A DNA stretch of 64,000 nt from assembly GCA_964016885.1 (NCBI GenBank), contig OZ024742.1, positions 262,818,001 through 262,882,000 on the forward strand. Reading direction: 5' to 3'. Origin of the DNA: Eledone cirrhosa. Taxonomy: Eukaryota. A program made the position numbers and the translations under genes. The notes beneath the pieces are model-generated. The model was not told where the DNA came from, did no database searches, and worked only from the letters and a program-made list of their open reading frames with translations. Shown here piece after piece: positions 47,101 through 60,605 of this stretch (position 1 is its first letter; each line of letters starts with the position of its first letter).

Positions 47101-50100
47101 GTTCATGTGAAACAAAAAATGCAGAGACCAGCAAAGTTATGAGCAAAAAAGCTACAGTTGGGTATCTCATATGCAAGCTGATGTTATCTATAAGTTCCTT
47201 AAACACTACTGGCCTTACCAAACTACAAATCATCGTAGTGATGGAAGAAAACATATCCATCCAACATACACATATTGCCGGAAATCAGTTTTAGAGAGTA
47301 ATAGACTTGTAATATACAGGGTGAGAGAAAGGGAAAGTTGATAAAAGAGAGAGGGGGATAAGAAGACTAAAAAATAAAGGACGGGAAAATAAGGGAAGTG
47401 GTATGAGGAAAGAGAGAGGAAGATAGATGATGAAGGAAATTAAAGGAGAAAGTGTGAGTGAGATTAAGATGTGAGGTGATTAAGAAATGAGAGGGTGGGA
47501 GCAGTTAAGTGAATCAGTAACGAGAATGAGAGAGAGAAGCATTTGTTGAAGGGAGATGAAAATCGAGGCAGGTCAGGTAGAAAGAGGACGAATGGGCAAA
47601 TAAGTGGAAGGAAGGAGGAGGAAAAGTATTTAGTCCTGAGGCAGTCCGATAATTCAACCTTAATTCACTTATACTTATTAATAAACAGGCGAAATACCAC
47701 AATTAATCCCCTTGGCCTGATTTCACCTGAGTCCATTAGCAAACGGTACCAAGCTACCAACTAGGTTAAAATAGTGAGATTAAAGAGCCCTTTTCCCCGC
47801 TAATACTTTCCGCCTTCGTTTAGCCAATAATGGTGCAGTATTACGATAGCAAATGTGGCAGCAACTTAGTGTAGATAGCCACAGTCTAATTAATGCTCTT
47901 TTATTATCGATAGTCTACACCTACAAAAAAAGCCAACTAAATTCCATTATAATCTGGTTTTCTCCCTGAACAAAACGGCCTGTTAAATGTTTATACCAAT
48001 AACTAAATTCTATCTAAATGTAAGATTGGTAAAGTAACAAAATTTCCGGGTCAGTGTTTGTTGTTTCTGTTAACTATAGAAAATGTGTAAACAATTCAGA
48101 TCGTAGTTAGGCAGATTAACTGTGTATGGATTTAGTTGTCTCTCTCTGTAGATTACCCATTTCATAATTATTATTGGGTGGTGAGTTGGCAGAAATGGTA
48201 GAAAGCAATTTAACAGTATCTTTGTACACTGATTATTTCATTATTAGTTCTGCGTGGTGAGTAGGTAGAAATGGTGAAGTACAACATTAGATGCCATCCA
48301 GTATTTAGTTCTCTTTACGTTCTGAGTTCATATCCCGCCGGGGCCGACATTGTCGTTCATCCCTCTGGAATTGATAATCAATATCAGTTACATAGTGGAG
48401 TCGGTTTAATTGACTATTTTCTTCCCCTTAGAGGTGTGGCATTGTGCCATAGATAGAAATATTTATTATTAGTGTCCCGTGTGGCAAATAAAAGACATTA
48501 TTATAATTATTAACTGAGGTTGGCGGAGTGGCAACCAGTAAGCATTAGATTAAATGTGTAGCAACGTTTAGATTCGTTCCTCTACATTTAGAGTTAAACC
48601 CCTCCGAAAACGATAAAATAAAAACAGCCAAGTACTATGTTGATTCAGTCGACTATACACGTCCCCTACAAAAATCATTAATCAATAGAGATAAGTGAAC
48701 ACGACGTTCAACGGCTTTGAATTTAGGAAATTGACCGTCCTCATTCCTAGAGTGTTATCTCTAGTTACCATTCCGCTATAATAATGACTAGGTTGTGAGG
48801 TGAGGGTGGCCTTGTAGATCGACATGTTCATCTCTTAAGGCAAACAAATGCGAAGAAATTCATTACATCCTTAATACTCATGATTAACGACGCAAATATG
48901 CAACAAAAAAAGCTATCTACATGCGGTCTAAGCAGCAAAATTTCCTGAACTCCAGACAAAACATCGGGAAAATGAAAATCTGGGCGAAAGCGAAAAAGAA
49001 ATAAAACAAATGAAGCTTTATTCATGTGATTATATATTTATATATACAATATTATTAAGGTTAAAAAGCGAGTCGTGTTACTCTGGAGATTCGCCTATTT
49101 ATCACAGGGTCGTCAGTATATATATACATACACACACACGAGGTCTGATTGTGGAAGAAACTATGATAGGCATTAGTGAATGGACCACTGAGTTTGAGTC
49201 ATGTGTATATATATCATAGTGAAGACATGCTCATTTGGCATTAATATAACGAAGTGATTATATTTTTCGTGTGTGGTTCATCATTGATGTTACTTTAGAG
49301 TGTGTAATAAGTTTCCACTACATCCGGCTATTTTCGTTCGTTGGATCCACATGAAATCTAACTTATCTCGAGATAAAATGTGAGAATGTTAAGTGTAGTG
49401 GGCGGGAGTGGTCAAGTACCTCAATCTTTTGTGTGATCAGTGTCAGAGAATGTATACTGCAATGTCTAAATAACCTCCACGCTTTCTCACGTGTATTGTG
49501 TATTACGTATAGAAGTGGGTGGGAATGATCAAGTAACACCGTGTGGCCAAGCTGAAGACATCGAACATGGAAGTTGTTTCCAAGCGTTTGATCAGAGCAT
49601 TGGTGGGAGTGACTTTAATAACGAAGTAGCAATCCTTGTTGTCAACCTTTCATCAAGTATTTTATCTCGATTGAGAGAAGTAAGGGCAACCTCCTGGCAA
49701 AGGTGCTATAGTAATATATTGAACTTAGAAATAAAACACACACTGAATTTGATCGTTAACGGAAGAGAAGGCGAAGGTTAAAATGCTCTGCTCTAAATAC
49801 ACAACCAGCAGGCTGTCGTCGTCATAGTTTAGCAACCACACTAACATATGTATCACAATTAGCAACAATAATATCAACAAGAAAGACCGTTGATTGTTCT
49901 GTAACGGGAGTTTTTTTAACAAGGCATGAACATTATGAGATTAATTTGTTTTAGTGAAGAGATTAGAGTAATCCAAGACAGATTTACGTTAAAAGATCAA
50001 AGATAAATTCATAATAGGTCAGAGAAGAAAAGAGAGTGTAGTTGACTAACATCGACCACCAACCTAAATGATAGGCTTGAACACCATTCGAACCTAGAGT

Positions 50101-50830
50101 CCAGACAAATGGCTCGTCTAAATTCCATGTCAGGTCACGGTAATAAAGAACACCACTCTCTATCAGTCATGATGTCTGCGAGTGAAGATCTTTACTATAT
50201 AACATATCTTTGTGGTGTGGTCTTCTTTAGACTGCCGTAGAAAATTATTACTAGTAGTCAGACAGTCTGACTATAACGACATCACACAAACTCAACACAC
50301 CAACATCACCGTCCACCATCACCACAACATCGCAGACAAAAAATAAAGGGATAAACTTCACCATAGCAGAATAATATGGTGAAGAGTTGTAAATGTGTTA
50401 AAGCTAACATGTATAGCAATCCATATATTATCTATGAGCAACAGGACCGTAAATGTAATAGGGTAGATGGGAGAATTAAATGAACCTACCTGGAGAGCAA
50501 CGATCGCTTTCCTACCGACAGAGATGTCAGCGAGAGAAGTTAAACCTAAAGGAAGTAGTAAGAGGTGTGGAGGATTTTTACGAGAGTGATAGTTACTGCT
50601 CATAGTAACTATGGATGGCAGTACAAGATATAATAGCTAATCTTCTAAAGATCTAGTGTATGTTTGTGAATATATACTGTATTATTAAATTATTTGTTAT
50701 TCATTATATCTTATTTGTTCCATCTTTATCATTTACTTATAGCAACTTCCAGATTTTTGTATTTACAACTACTCTTGCTTCTAAAATTGTGAAATTATTT
50801 TTAAAAATCTTCCTGACAATCTAAGCGACG

Positions 50831-50868
<38 letters not shown>

Positions 50869-50948
50869 CGAAGGAGTGGTGGTAAGGAACCAGATGTACC
50901 ATAACGCACCAGAGTACTCAATACTTAGAGAAGTAGAGTGGGTAATAG

Positions 50949-51059
50949 GAAAATGTATGACCCCGCCGACAGAGCACAAGCCGTTTCGACGGCTATTTCT
51001 GGAGTCCAGAAATAGCCGTCGAAACGGCTTGAGTTCTGCCGTCGGGGTCATACATTTTC
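50949..51059. repeat. 55-bp-arm palindrome within a (TA)n-flanked insert (50867-51059)
   Basis: Arms 50949-51003 and 51005-51059, a 1-nt spacer and 4 mismatches. Confidence 0.92.
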
Positions 51060-51759
51060 ATATATATATATATAGTTATGTAATAAACAACATAAGATAA
51101 TTATTTCATTTACCAGTGGTTTCTTGAAAGCAACCAAAATTGCTTTCATTCATCAGAATGAAAAAATCCTGGTGTCTTTATTGACAGTGGATTTGAAAAA
51201 CAAAAATATAACAGATATGAAAGTGAGGCTGGAGGAAAAAAAAAAGAGAGCGGGGGGGGGGAAGAATAATATATAAGAATATATATATATAAATATTGAA
51301 GAGGATGCTAACATGGAAAAGGGACGTTAAATGATGATGATGACGAAGGCAGAAATTCCAGGTGCCTTCCAGAAGTCTTATTATAATTGTAACTGGAGCC
51401 TCAACATTTAATGAACCATACCAATTCCTGAAGCTAAGTTAATAAAGAAAGTGTAATGAGAAAGTTACTGCACTTACTGCAAGTCTGCTAGCTCACTCAG
51501 CGAGCCATGCCTCCGTTCGCCAAGTTGCAGCTCGCATTCGCACGTCTGTCCATCGCGGGTCACAGCCGAAAGAGGACCCACAGATGCTCCTGGGTACACA
51601 TCTCACGTCACTACCTCTTCTGCCTCCGGTCAAGTGTCCCCAGCTTCCAGTCACCTCCACTACACCACCACACCATCCCCACACGCCCCCCCCCCCCCCT
51701 GATTTCAAGGATCAATCTCCCCCTCACACTGCTGCATGTGATAATCTGCCATCCAGCCA

Positions 51760-54460
51760 GGCGGTCAGCGATCTCGTTGCGATCTCCGTAATGTTGGGGC
51801 GGCGCTTTGGATTTCCTCTTCCTCGGAGTCCGTCGACGCAACAACTCTATGGACATCCAGGATATGACGTAGCACTCCGTCCACGGACACGTTATTTTGG
51901 GAATTTACGGCCGTTACTGTTCCCTTTCCCCATTGAGATGTGCAACGTACGTCTGGGGGCTTAACCCAGACTTCTTCCCCCACCTGTACGAATGCATTCT
52001 CTCTCCCCACTGGCCATTGTGGTACAGTGCACGGGTGCCGTCACTCGTATCTGTATATTGCTCTGTGTGGCACCGATCCTCAGCCTGTCCCACCCAAGGG
52101 GACATGTTGTACCAAAAACTGTCTCCATTGGTGAGATGTGCCCCCACTCCGCCATTGCTTTGATTGTGCCGTGGTGTCGCTCCACGATTCCATTTCCGCT
52201 CGGCCTGTATGTTACTCTGAAGAAGCGGTCCACCTTCCACCCATCAAGTATCTCCCTCAGCGCTTCCATCAGCAGTTCATCCACAGGGCTCCGCTCCAAG
52301 AATATCTCTCTCAACGTCCATGTGATTTCCTCCGCAATTCCCATCTTCATTTCCCTCCATATTGCCATCTGTCCCGGTCCACATTCAACCAACGAGAGGT
52401 TTGTTCCCTGTCGGTAGTGTGTTACGTCCACCGCCAATCGCTTCCAGTTGTGATCCACCGGGAGACTTCCCATCTCGTGCACAACCGGGGCGGGATCAAT
52501 AGACTGACATCGGACGCAGCCTCTGACAACTCTCAGGACACTGTGTCTGCTAATGTCGGAGTCGATTCTCCTGGCTAGGAACAGGGTCCTATCTACTCCC
52601 ATGTGGTGCATGTCATGCAACCCTTTAAGTTCCGACTCGCTCAGCCGACACACAGCAACTATCCCCTCTTCTACATCCTCCGACGCTTCCATCCAGGCTT
52701 TCTTCACCCCGGTTAGAATGCCTGCTCTATTTTTCTCTGAGGGCACGAAGACTACATTCAACTTCAGGTCGAACTCGGTGGCCAGCTCTCCTAGAGTTCC
52801 CAGGCGGCGCTTTATCAGCATTTCTGCCGCCCCTCTCTTTCGCACTCTCTTCTCACTGGTGAGCACTGATCTCACCCATCCGAGTACAGTGGCCGAGTCG
52901 GTGCGAATCTCAACGGTGTGCAGTCTCTACCTCAAGACGAGATTCACCTCTCTCAACACCTCGGCCACATTGATGTGGTTGCAATCATCCTTCTTCCTGA
53001 GCTAGGCTGCATCCTCGCCCTCAACACCTCCTATCTCCAGCGTGACACCTAACGCTATGCTGCTGGCATCACACCATACGGTCTCGCTCTGCGATTCAGG
53101 GACATACCAGCGTCCTCGCACTGGGTTGTCGGCCTTCACCATCCCCACGATCTCCTGCATCATGGCCACCGTCCTTTCTCCCACTTTGTCTCTCCAATCA
53201 CCCCGTCTGCTCGTCTTTTGACATAGCTACATGCCGTCCGGAGCCACCAGCGATTGGGTAGTGACCCACCAATTTTCCACACACCGAGAAGAGTTCCCGT
53301 CTATTCATATTTGGGCCCAGTTCCCCTCCGAAATACTAACGTGCCCGTCCTGTCTCTTCGCAGACTAAGTCCCAGCGCAGCTCCTCCCTCCAACGCCTCC
53401 GACGGCTTCGCAGTCAATCCATACCCTTGTAAATGGCTCGTGACCTCCGCCGCCGACACTACAGTCTCGTCCACTAGGATGTCGTCGATGTAGGAATTGG
53501 TAGCCCTCTTCATCGGCCTTTCCCAGAATGGTCTTGAGGACCGTCGCCATGATCTTCGGTGCAGAGTTCAGCCCGAAGCCGAGCCTGGTCAGGCAATATG
53601 TCCGGTCCTTATACCTGACCAGCTGATACTGCCACAGCTTCTCCTCCACGTGTAGCTGTAGATAAGCCGACTTTAAATCAACAATTGTGGAAGCCCCTCG
53701 TCATACGTCTCCACTCACGCAGGGTTCCCCCGCAGACATCCATGACCTCGCCACCCGTGTAGCACGACACATGCTCATTCAGCTCCCGAAAATCCAATAC
53801 CGGTCTCACCTTGTTCTTCGTGGGTTTCGCCACAGCCATTAACGGCAGCACCCCACACTTCACCTCCCCTTTCCAGGGAAGCAGTATGCCCTCCTCGATC
53901 CATCTCTCTACCTCTCACTCAAACTCGCTCCTAGTGTCTCCTTTCAATATGTGCTGATAGCAGCCCACTTTGTTCTTCAGTGTTGGTGGTTCTCCCTTCC
54001 AGTACCACTCAACAACCCATCGTTACCCGTCGAACACGGCCTTGAAGTCATTATCCTGTACAGTGTAAGCGGCATATTTTTCCCCGTGGGCCTTCTCGTT
54101 CTCCTGTCGCATACTCACAGTGCATACCGGTGTGGTGCCGCCAAACGTCATGCCGCCATCGTTCACTGTGACGCCTCCTCAACGACCAATCGTGTCCATG
54201 CCCATAACTACGCCGATTCCATCCACCACGCAGTTGACCACAATGGCTGAAAGCCTTATTTTCTTTCCCCGTACCACCATCTCGACCTCGCTGCGACCTC
54301 GACATTCAATCTTCCTACCGTTGATTGCCCTTATACTACTCTTCCCTCTCCACTTCTGCACCACCCCCGTGGTCACTAGTGTTGTCGTACAGCCCGTGTC
54401 CACGAGGGCTCGTAATGACTTTCCCCTCACAAAGACTTTCACCACGGGCAGCGCCTCTAC
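51760..54460 (-). pseudogene. pol: pol (protease, RT, RNase H, integrase), frameshifted
   Basis: LVDTGC, VRPVLDFRELN, GFGLNSAP, YIDD, WCDASS...HINVAE, H..HH..C..C and GNGIVER. Putative -1 slip site GGGAAAT at 54508-54502. Confidence 0.88.
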
Positions 54461-55221
54461 TCACGAGGGGTAGCTACCGGCGCAGTAGCCCCCCTTGGAC
54501 TATTTCCCTGGTCACAACTGGTAGCGATGTGACCTGGCCGCTTACACCAGTAGCAAATTATGTCCGGCCTTGACTCTCTACAGTCTCTCGCCATGTGCGC
54601 GCCCTGGCACATAAAACAACGACCTCTAAACGTTTGCGGGCGACTGCGCGCCGTGTTTGTCTCCCTTTCGCCATTTCGCTGTCGGCTGCCCTGGGCGTCC
54701 ATTGCTGCTATTGCCACAACACTCTTCTTGGCATCCTCTGCTATGATGCGGGCTTGCTCTATCAGTGCACGCATCTCCATTTCCTTGTGGCCAGGTATTT
54801 GCTGTAGTTTCACCGCGATGTCATCCGGAAATCCGTTTATGAACGCCAACCGTACCACATGTTCACATTCCACCTGAAACCCAGCCAGCATGGCCAATCG
54901 CCTTATCTCTGCTGCAAAAATATCCACACGCTCTCCGTTCCACCTAATCCTTGCCAGCTTAGCAAACGCGGTAAGCGGTCCTTCCGCGAATGCTTCCATC
55001 ATACGCCGCTCAATTATTTGCGCGTCCCTCTGGTTGAGTTCATCCATCTCGAGGTACAACACTAACGCATCGCCCTCGAGATAGAGTGCGATGAGGCCTG
55101 CTACATTGTCTATCTTTTCTAGCTCAGCGACCAACCGAACCTTTTGCATCCAGGCGACAACGTCACCTTCACCGGTAAAAGCTCTAATTACTTCTCCGCT
55201 CATCCGTAATCTCGTCGCCAT
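54457..55221 (-). CDS. gag: gag with two CCHC zinc knuckles
   Basis: Open frame with CFMCQGAHMARDC and CYWCKRPGHIATSC. Confidence 0.88.
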   Translation of the reverse strand: MATRLRMSGEVIRAFTGEGDVVAWMQKVRLVAELEKIDNVAGLIALYLEGDALVLYLEMDELNQRDAQIIERRMMEAFAEGPLTAFAKLARIRWNGERVDIFAAEIRRLAMLAGFQVECEHVVRLAFINGFPDDIAVKLQQIPGHKEMEMRALIEQARIIAEDAKKSVVAIAAMDAQGSRQRNGERETNTARSRPQTFRGRCFMCQGAHMARDCRESRPDIICYWCKRPGHIATSCDQGNSPRGATAPVATPRE

Positions 55222-55330
55222 CTCCTTAGTCCTGCGGTAAGAAACAAACAACAAAATCCTCTCTGTTTTCCAGTAGCTTTGTCTTAAAAAAAAAATTCTT
55301 TTTTTTTTTTTTTTTCAAACGTCTTCAAAT

Positions 55331-55342
55331 GCTGAAATAGCT
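55331..55342 (-). promoter_or_regulatory. Primer-binding site complementary to nt 1-12 of tRNA-Phe
   Basis: The + strand reads GCTGAAATAGCT versus the tRNA-Phe 5' end GCCGAAAUAGCU (11/12), flush with the 5' LTR. Confidence 0.75.
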
Positions 55343-56219
55343 TGTAATGAGAAAGCTACTGCACTTACCGCAATTCTGCTAGCTCACTCAGCGAGCCATG
55401 CCTCATCCACGTGGGTATAATCCGTTCGCCAAGTTGCAGCTCGCATTCGCACGTCCGTCCGTCGTGGGTCACAGCCGAAAGAGGACCCACAGATGCTCCT
55501 GGGTACACATCTCACGTCACTTCCTCTTCCGCCTCTAGTCAAGCGTCCCCAGCTTCCGGTCACCTCCTCCACACCACCCCCACAGAAAGCTTCACCCTTG
55601 ATACAAAAGTTAAATTTTCTTAACAAAATATGAAATCATCAAGGTATTCATGACAAGATTAAATGCACTAACTGCTGATCAACATAAGGGACTATTGATT
55701 GATGATGTCTTCATTGATAGAATTTACTACTCCTCAATTCATCAATGACCATTTGAAACATTTTCTAAGTTAGAGAGAATATATAACTTTGCCCTGACCC
55801 TTGAACTTACCATTGAGGATACTAAAAGTTTTATTACAGTTTTTGCAGTATCAAAATGAATCACAAATCTCTGTTTTTGATGTGATGCTCAAATTCATCT
55901 TAGAGACCAACCTAGAATTTATCCAGAGAGAAATGCAGAAATATAAGTATGGTTGTCTAAATCAAAAGAGAAAGCAATAAAACAAAATCAGCTGGTATTC
56001 AAGGTGAAAATTGTAACTGATGATGATTCAGTCATTTCTACTATTATTGCTATTATCAACTCAATAGAACAACTCCTTCCAATATATATCATTATTATTA
56101 TCATGGGGTCCAAGTTGTCTACATCTATGTGGTGGTCTTAGAAATTGATCACTGATCTCTGATCTCAATCAGGCAATGGTAACAACCTGAGATAACAACA
56201 GTCCCATACACAAGAAGAA

Positions 56220-59060
56220 GATCATCATTATCATCATTTAACATCCACTTTCCCTTCTAACGAGGGTTGGATAGGTCTTCACAGACAGAGTTAGTACAGT
56301 AGCAGGGCTACTGACTTTCCAGACAAGTCGGGGGGACTGCATCTCGCTTACATATGGTCCCACATTCTACCAGATGCATTTTATCATGGCACCAACACAA
56401 GAGAGGTTGTCATGCATTGACACAACTGAAGGTCCTCCCAACCTTAACAAGCTTTCTATAGCTGGATGTCCTATTACCAACCAGTTTCCAGCATGTACTG
56501 GGTGTATTTATCATGTATATCACCAACACTAGAGAGGTTGTCACACCATTGACACAACTGAAGAGTTTAAGTATGGTTTCTTCAGAGGGATTCCATTCCT
56601 GTTCCTGCTGCCAACCACCTTACTGGGTGTTCTGGGTGCATTTTCGTAGCATAAACATTAAAGAGGTTGTTAGTCATTTTTGCCCTTTCTGCTGAGGGGA
56701 CACAGGGATAAGTCAAGTCACATTGTATGCTGTTGGCTGGGTCTTCACCAGCACAGTATAGCACCAGTCCTTGTCATCTCTGTTGTAAGGTTTAGTTTCT
56801 TAAGGTCGGTCTTCACTACCTTGTCCCAAGTCTTCTTGGGTCTGCCTCTTTCATGGGTTTCAGCCACTGGTGTTTCTCTGCATTTGTTTATGCAGCTGCT
56901 ATTTTCACATATATCCTATCTCCATTCCAATGCAGTCTTCTATCTTGCACATTACATCCAGTTCTTATGCCGAATTTTTCTCTCAGTTCCCTTATGCAAC
57001 ATTGTTCATGCACAATAACATTACACATCTATCAGATTATACTCATTGAGACTTTCGCCTCAAGATCTTTACGTTACGCCGCATCATTGAGAGGTACAAC
57101 AAATTCCAGAGGCCCCTCGCCGTCAGCTTCATCGATTTCTCCAAAGCATTTGATAGCATTCATCGACCGTCACTCTGGAGCATCATGCATGAGTATGGTC
57201 TGACCCAGAAAGTCATTTCGGCAATCAAACAGATTTACGCAAACTCCAAGTGCTGCATACGGACAGAGGATGGTTACAGTGGCTGGTTTGAGGTGGTTAC
57301 TGGTGTGCGTCAGAGTTGCTCGCTCTCCAATTCTCTTTGCCATAGCCATTGACTGGGTACTAAGAAGAGCGTCTAAAGACAAGGGTATATCTTGGGTGGG
57401 AGAGCAAAAGTTGTCTGACCTGGACTTTGCGGACGATATTGTTGCACTTGCAGAGAGCACAGCTGACCTGCAAATCATTATGAACAATATCAATGTCGAA
57501 GCAGGAAGCTTAGGTCTCAATATCAGTGCTAAGAAGACCAAAAGCATGTTATCTGGGACACACCCACCACCAACTAGTGTCTTCATTGAACAGGGGGAGG
57601 TGGAGATAGTGGACAACTTCACCTACCTAGGAAGCTCCATTGACAATGGGGGCGCCATGGACAGTGAATTGCAATGTAGAATGGGAAAGGCTTTAGCAGC
57701 ATTTAACCAGCTTGTCAAGATCTGGAAGAGCAGGAAGTTCACCCTCAAAACAAAGATGAGATTCTACAATAGCAACGCCCTGTCCACACTCTTGTACGGA
57801 AGTGAAACATGGCACCTTAAGACCAGCCAAGAGAAGAAGTTGGACGCATTCGATTCCAGGTGTCTGTGAAAGATCCTGGGGATTAAATGGAGTGACCATG
57901 TAACAAACCAGGAAGTCAGGAACTGCACCAACCAGCAGCTAGTCTCTTCTGCCATCTGCAAGCGACGCCTGGGCTGGTTTGGGCACGCTTTGAGACTTCC
58001 CCCGGAGAAACTGGCGAACCAAGTACTTAAATGGAACCCACAGGGAAGCAGACGGAGAGGGCGACCCAAAATGAACTGGCGCCAGACAGTTGAGAGGGAC
58101 CTGCGAGCGACAAACAGACAATGGCGGGACGCTGTGCAACTGACTGCTGACCGAACGCAGTGGAACACTATGATTGCCTCATGCGTCGCAAGACGCGGGA
58201 GCTTCTGAGTCTGAGTCTGAGATTATACTCATTTTGTTTCTTTCTAGCCTTCACAGGTCTTCTGTGATTAAGGCTCATGTTTCACTGCCATGTGTAGAAT
58301 GTTTGATGCCTCACACACGGGCATCAAACAGGCTACACTTCACTCTGAGAGAGAAACCTTTTGTTGTAAGCCTGTTCTTATCTTGTCTATCACACTTTCA
58401 GAGTATCCTGCTCCACTATTAATTATATCACCTACGTTACAAAAGCTGTTAATAACTTTTAATGAGCCTCCCTAGCAACCAAAGGTATTTATTTCACATG
58501 CTCTTAGTGCTTTCTTCTCCTGTGCATCTTCCACATACAAAGTCTATCTTTTCCGTTAGCATGCCTGCAATCCCACTTCATCTTGTGTGCTCCCATAGAT
58601 TACATTGTGTGCACGTTAAGGAATTTCTGCCCACCCCTTTCCAACATATTAAACAAGGTCACTTCGCTGATGGTATCAGTCTTTTGCACTCTTTGCTACT
58701 TTCATCTTTATTAAGGCCTTTTAACTTTAGGTTCTTCTTCTATGCTTAAAATGTTGCCACTAACTCTTCGACTGATTCTGCTATAAAGACTTGGTCATCA
58801 GCATACAGGAGTTCCCATAGAGTGCTAGTTTTAAACTCCTTGATGATGGCCTGCAGGACAATGATAAATAGATGTGAACTAAAAACTGAGCCCTGGTGAA
58901 TCTCCATCTGCACTTCAAATTCATCACTGTATTCATTGCCAACTCTCACTTTTCTGGTTGCACCTTTATACATGGTTTGCACAGCCCTCATGAGCCATTC
59001 ATTTAGATTTAGCTTCCTAAGTGCCCACCAGATTACAGAGCGATGGATCCTATTAAATGT
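56220..59060 (-). mobile_element. Old RTE LINE (group of 16046-17293), split by a younger RTE
   Basis: LLYADD region at 58746-59060, Cys-rich insert near 58500-58680, 3' end at 56700-57030 and a (GAT)n tail near 56222. Confidence 0.8.
57048..58219 (+). mobile_element. 5'-truncated RTE LINE with a 14-bp TSD
   Basis: DFADD, LLYGSETW and a (CTGAGT)n tail. TSD AGATTATACTCATT at 57034-57047 and 58220-58233. Confidence 0.92.
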
Positions 59061-60348
59061 ATTAATTAGATCTAAAAATGTTAGATAACCATAAAACAAC
59101 AGCTCTACTTGACACCATTATCCAAGAAAGTTTTCTTAAGAAATTGGGACTAAAATTTATAATCACTCTGAATGATTCTGTTTCTTTAGCAAACAGTTCT
59201 TTATTAATAATTAAATGTCACTACCATAGCATCATACAACTTGGTAATGACTCATATTCAGAGGATACGCTCATTGTTGAAAAACACATTGCACCTGTAA
59301 TATTAAGTACTAGCTGAATGACCTGGAGATATATTTTTTTCTCATAATTATTTCAAAATATCTTCATTTTATAAAAAAAATTTCAAAATTGTAAGGATAA
59401 TAGAATTTAGAAATAAAAAAATTGTCAATCTTGAAGCACCCCAGGGTTAAAAATATTCATTGTGTAATTTTTTTGTTGGTGTCCAAATGAATAAATTATT
59501 GCTGCTTCCAACTCATGAGCAACCAGCATATAGTTGACCATGGGAGAAATATGTAATAGAGAGATCAAGTCCATCTAACTTGAGGGATTGACCTTGAGAT
59601 TTGTTAATTGAAATAACAAAACTTAGTTTGACTGGTAACTGAAGCCTCTTAAATTCAACCTCACATATACTTGTCAGTCATCACATATGTATATGTATGT
59701 GTAGATGTGTATGTGTGTTTAATTCTTTGTGTATCTGATTAAATATTTACATTAAGATGTATGTGTATGTAACCTACTGAGGCCTAACGCATGTAACAAA
59801 TGCGCAGATACACACACATACACACACACACATACACACTCATATACAAAATGTGACATCGTTGTCGTGTTATAAAATGTCATTTAGTCTATAGTAGAAT
59901 ATTTTAGATAAAAATGTTATATTGTTTTAATCCAAATGAAAATAAAAATTGCATGTTGTTAATCCTGGGGTTTAACTTATTACCTTGTAAAATTTGATTT
60001 GATTTGTTCGAGCCATTTAAGAATACATAAGGAAAAGACAGACAGCCAAAGAGAAAAGAATTTTATATAGAGAGAGATGAATATACCTAGTTAACATTCA
60101 ACAAAGAACTTTAAAGGCCATTGAAAATCCATTAACTTTTGTTGTAAATTTTAATTGCAACCGGTATGAATATCTTCCAGATGTAGACACTTCAAAATTA
60201 AAGGCAATAACAATTCCACTATATAGACACTCAAGAAATATTCATTTTATCAATAAGGAAATTGAAAGATTACTCACTGCTGATATTATTCAAAAGAGTT
60301 AAAGGCTCTGGTGTACTCAATAATTTGTTGTAAATAATAATTGTACAC

Positions 60349-60605
60349 ATCATCATCATCGTTTAACGTCCATCTTCCACGCTTGCATGGGTTTGGACGG
60401 GAGTTTTCCCACTTGAGGCAAGAGTGGTTGTCTTGCTCGCATAGGACTGTCTGGCGAGTTTTCTACGGCTGGATGCCCTTCCTAACACCAACCACGTTTA
60501 CAGTGTGGACTGGGAGGTTTTTACCGTGTTGCCTACACGGCCACATTACAGCGTGGACTGTGTGTTTTTTTGTTGTGACACCTACACGATCTCATTTGTT
60601 TCGGA
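60349..60605 (-). mobile_element. RTE/SINE 3' UTR fragment
   Basis: Closely matches 15660-15920. Confidence 0.85.

Larger units (their letters stand above)
51452..55584 (-). mobile_element. Full-length degraded LTR retrotransposon with an atypical PBS (probably Troyka-like rather than canonical Gypsy)
   Basis: LTRs 55343-55584 and 51452-51683 (TG...CA), 5-bp TSD GAAAG, poly-G PPT at about 51685-51698, and gag-PR-RT-RH-IN order. Confidence 0.93.
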
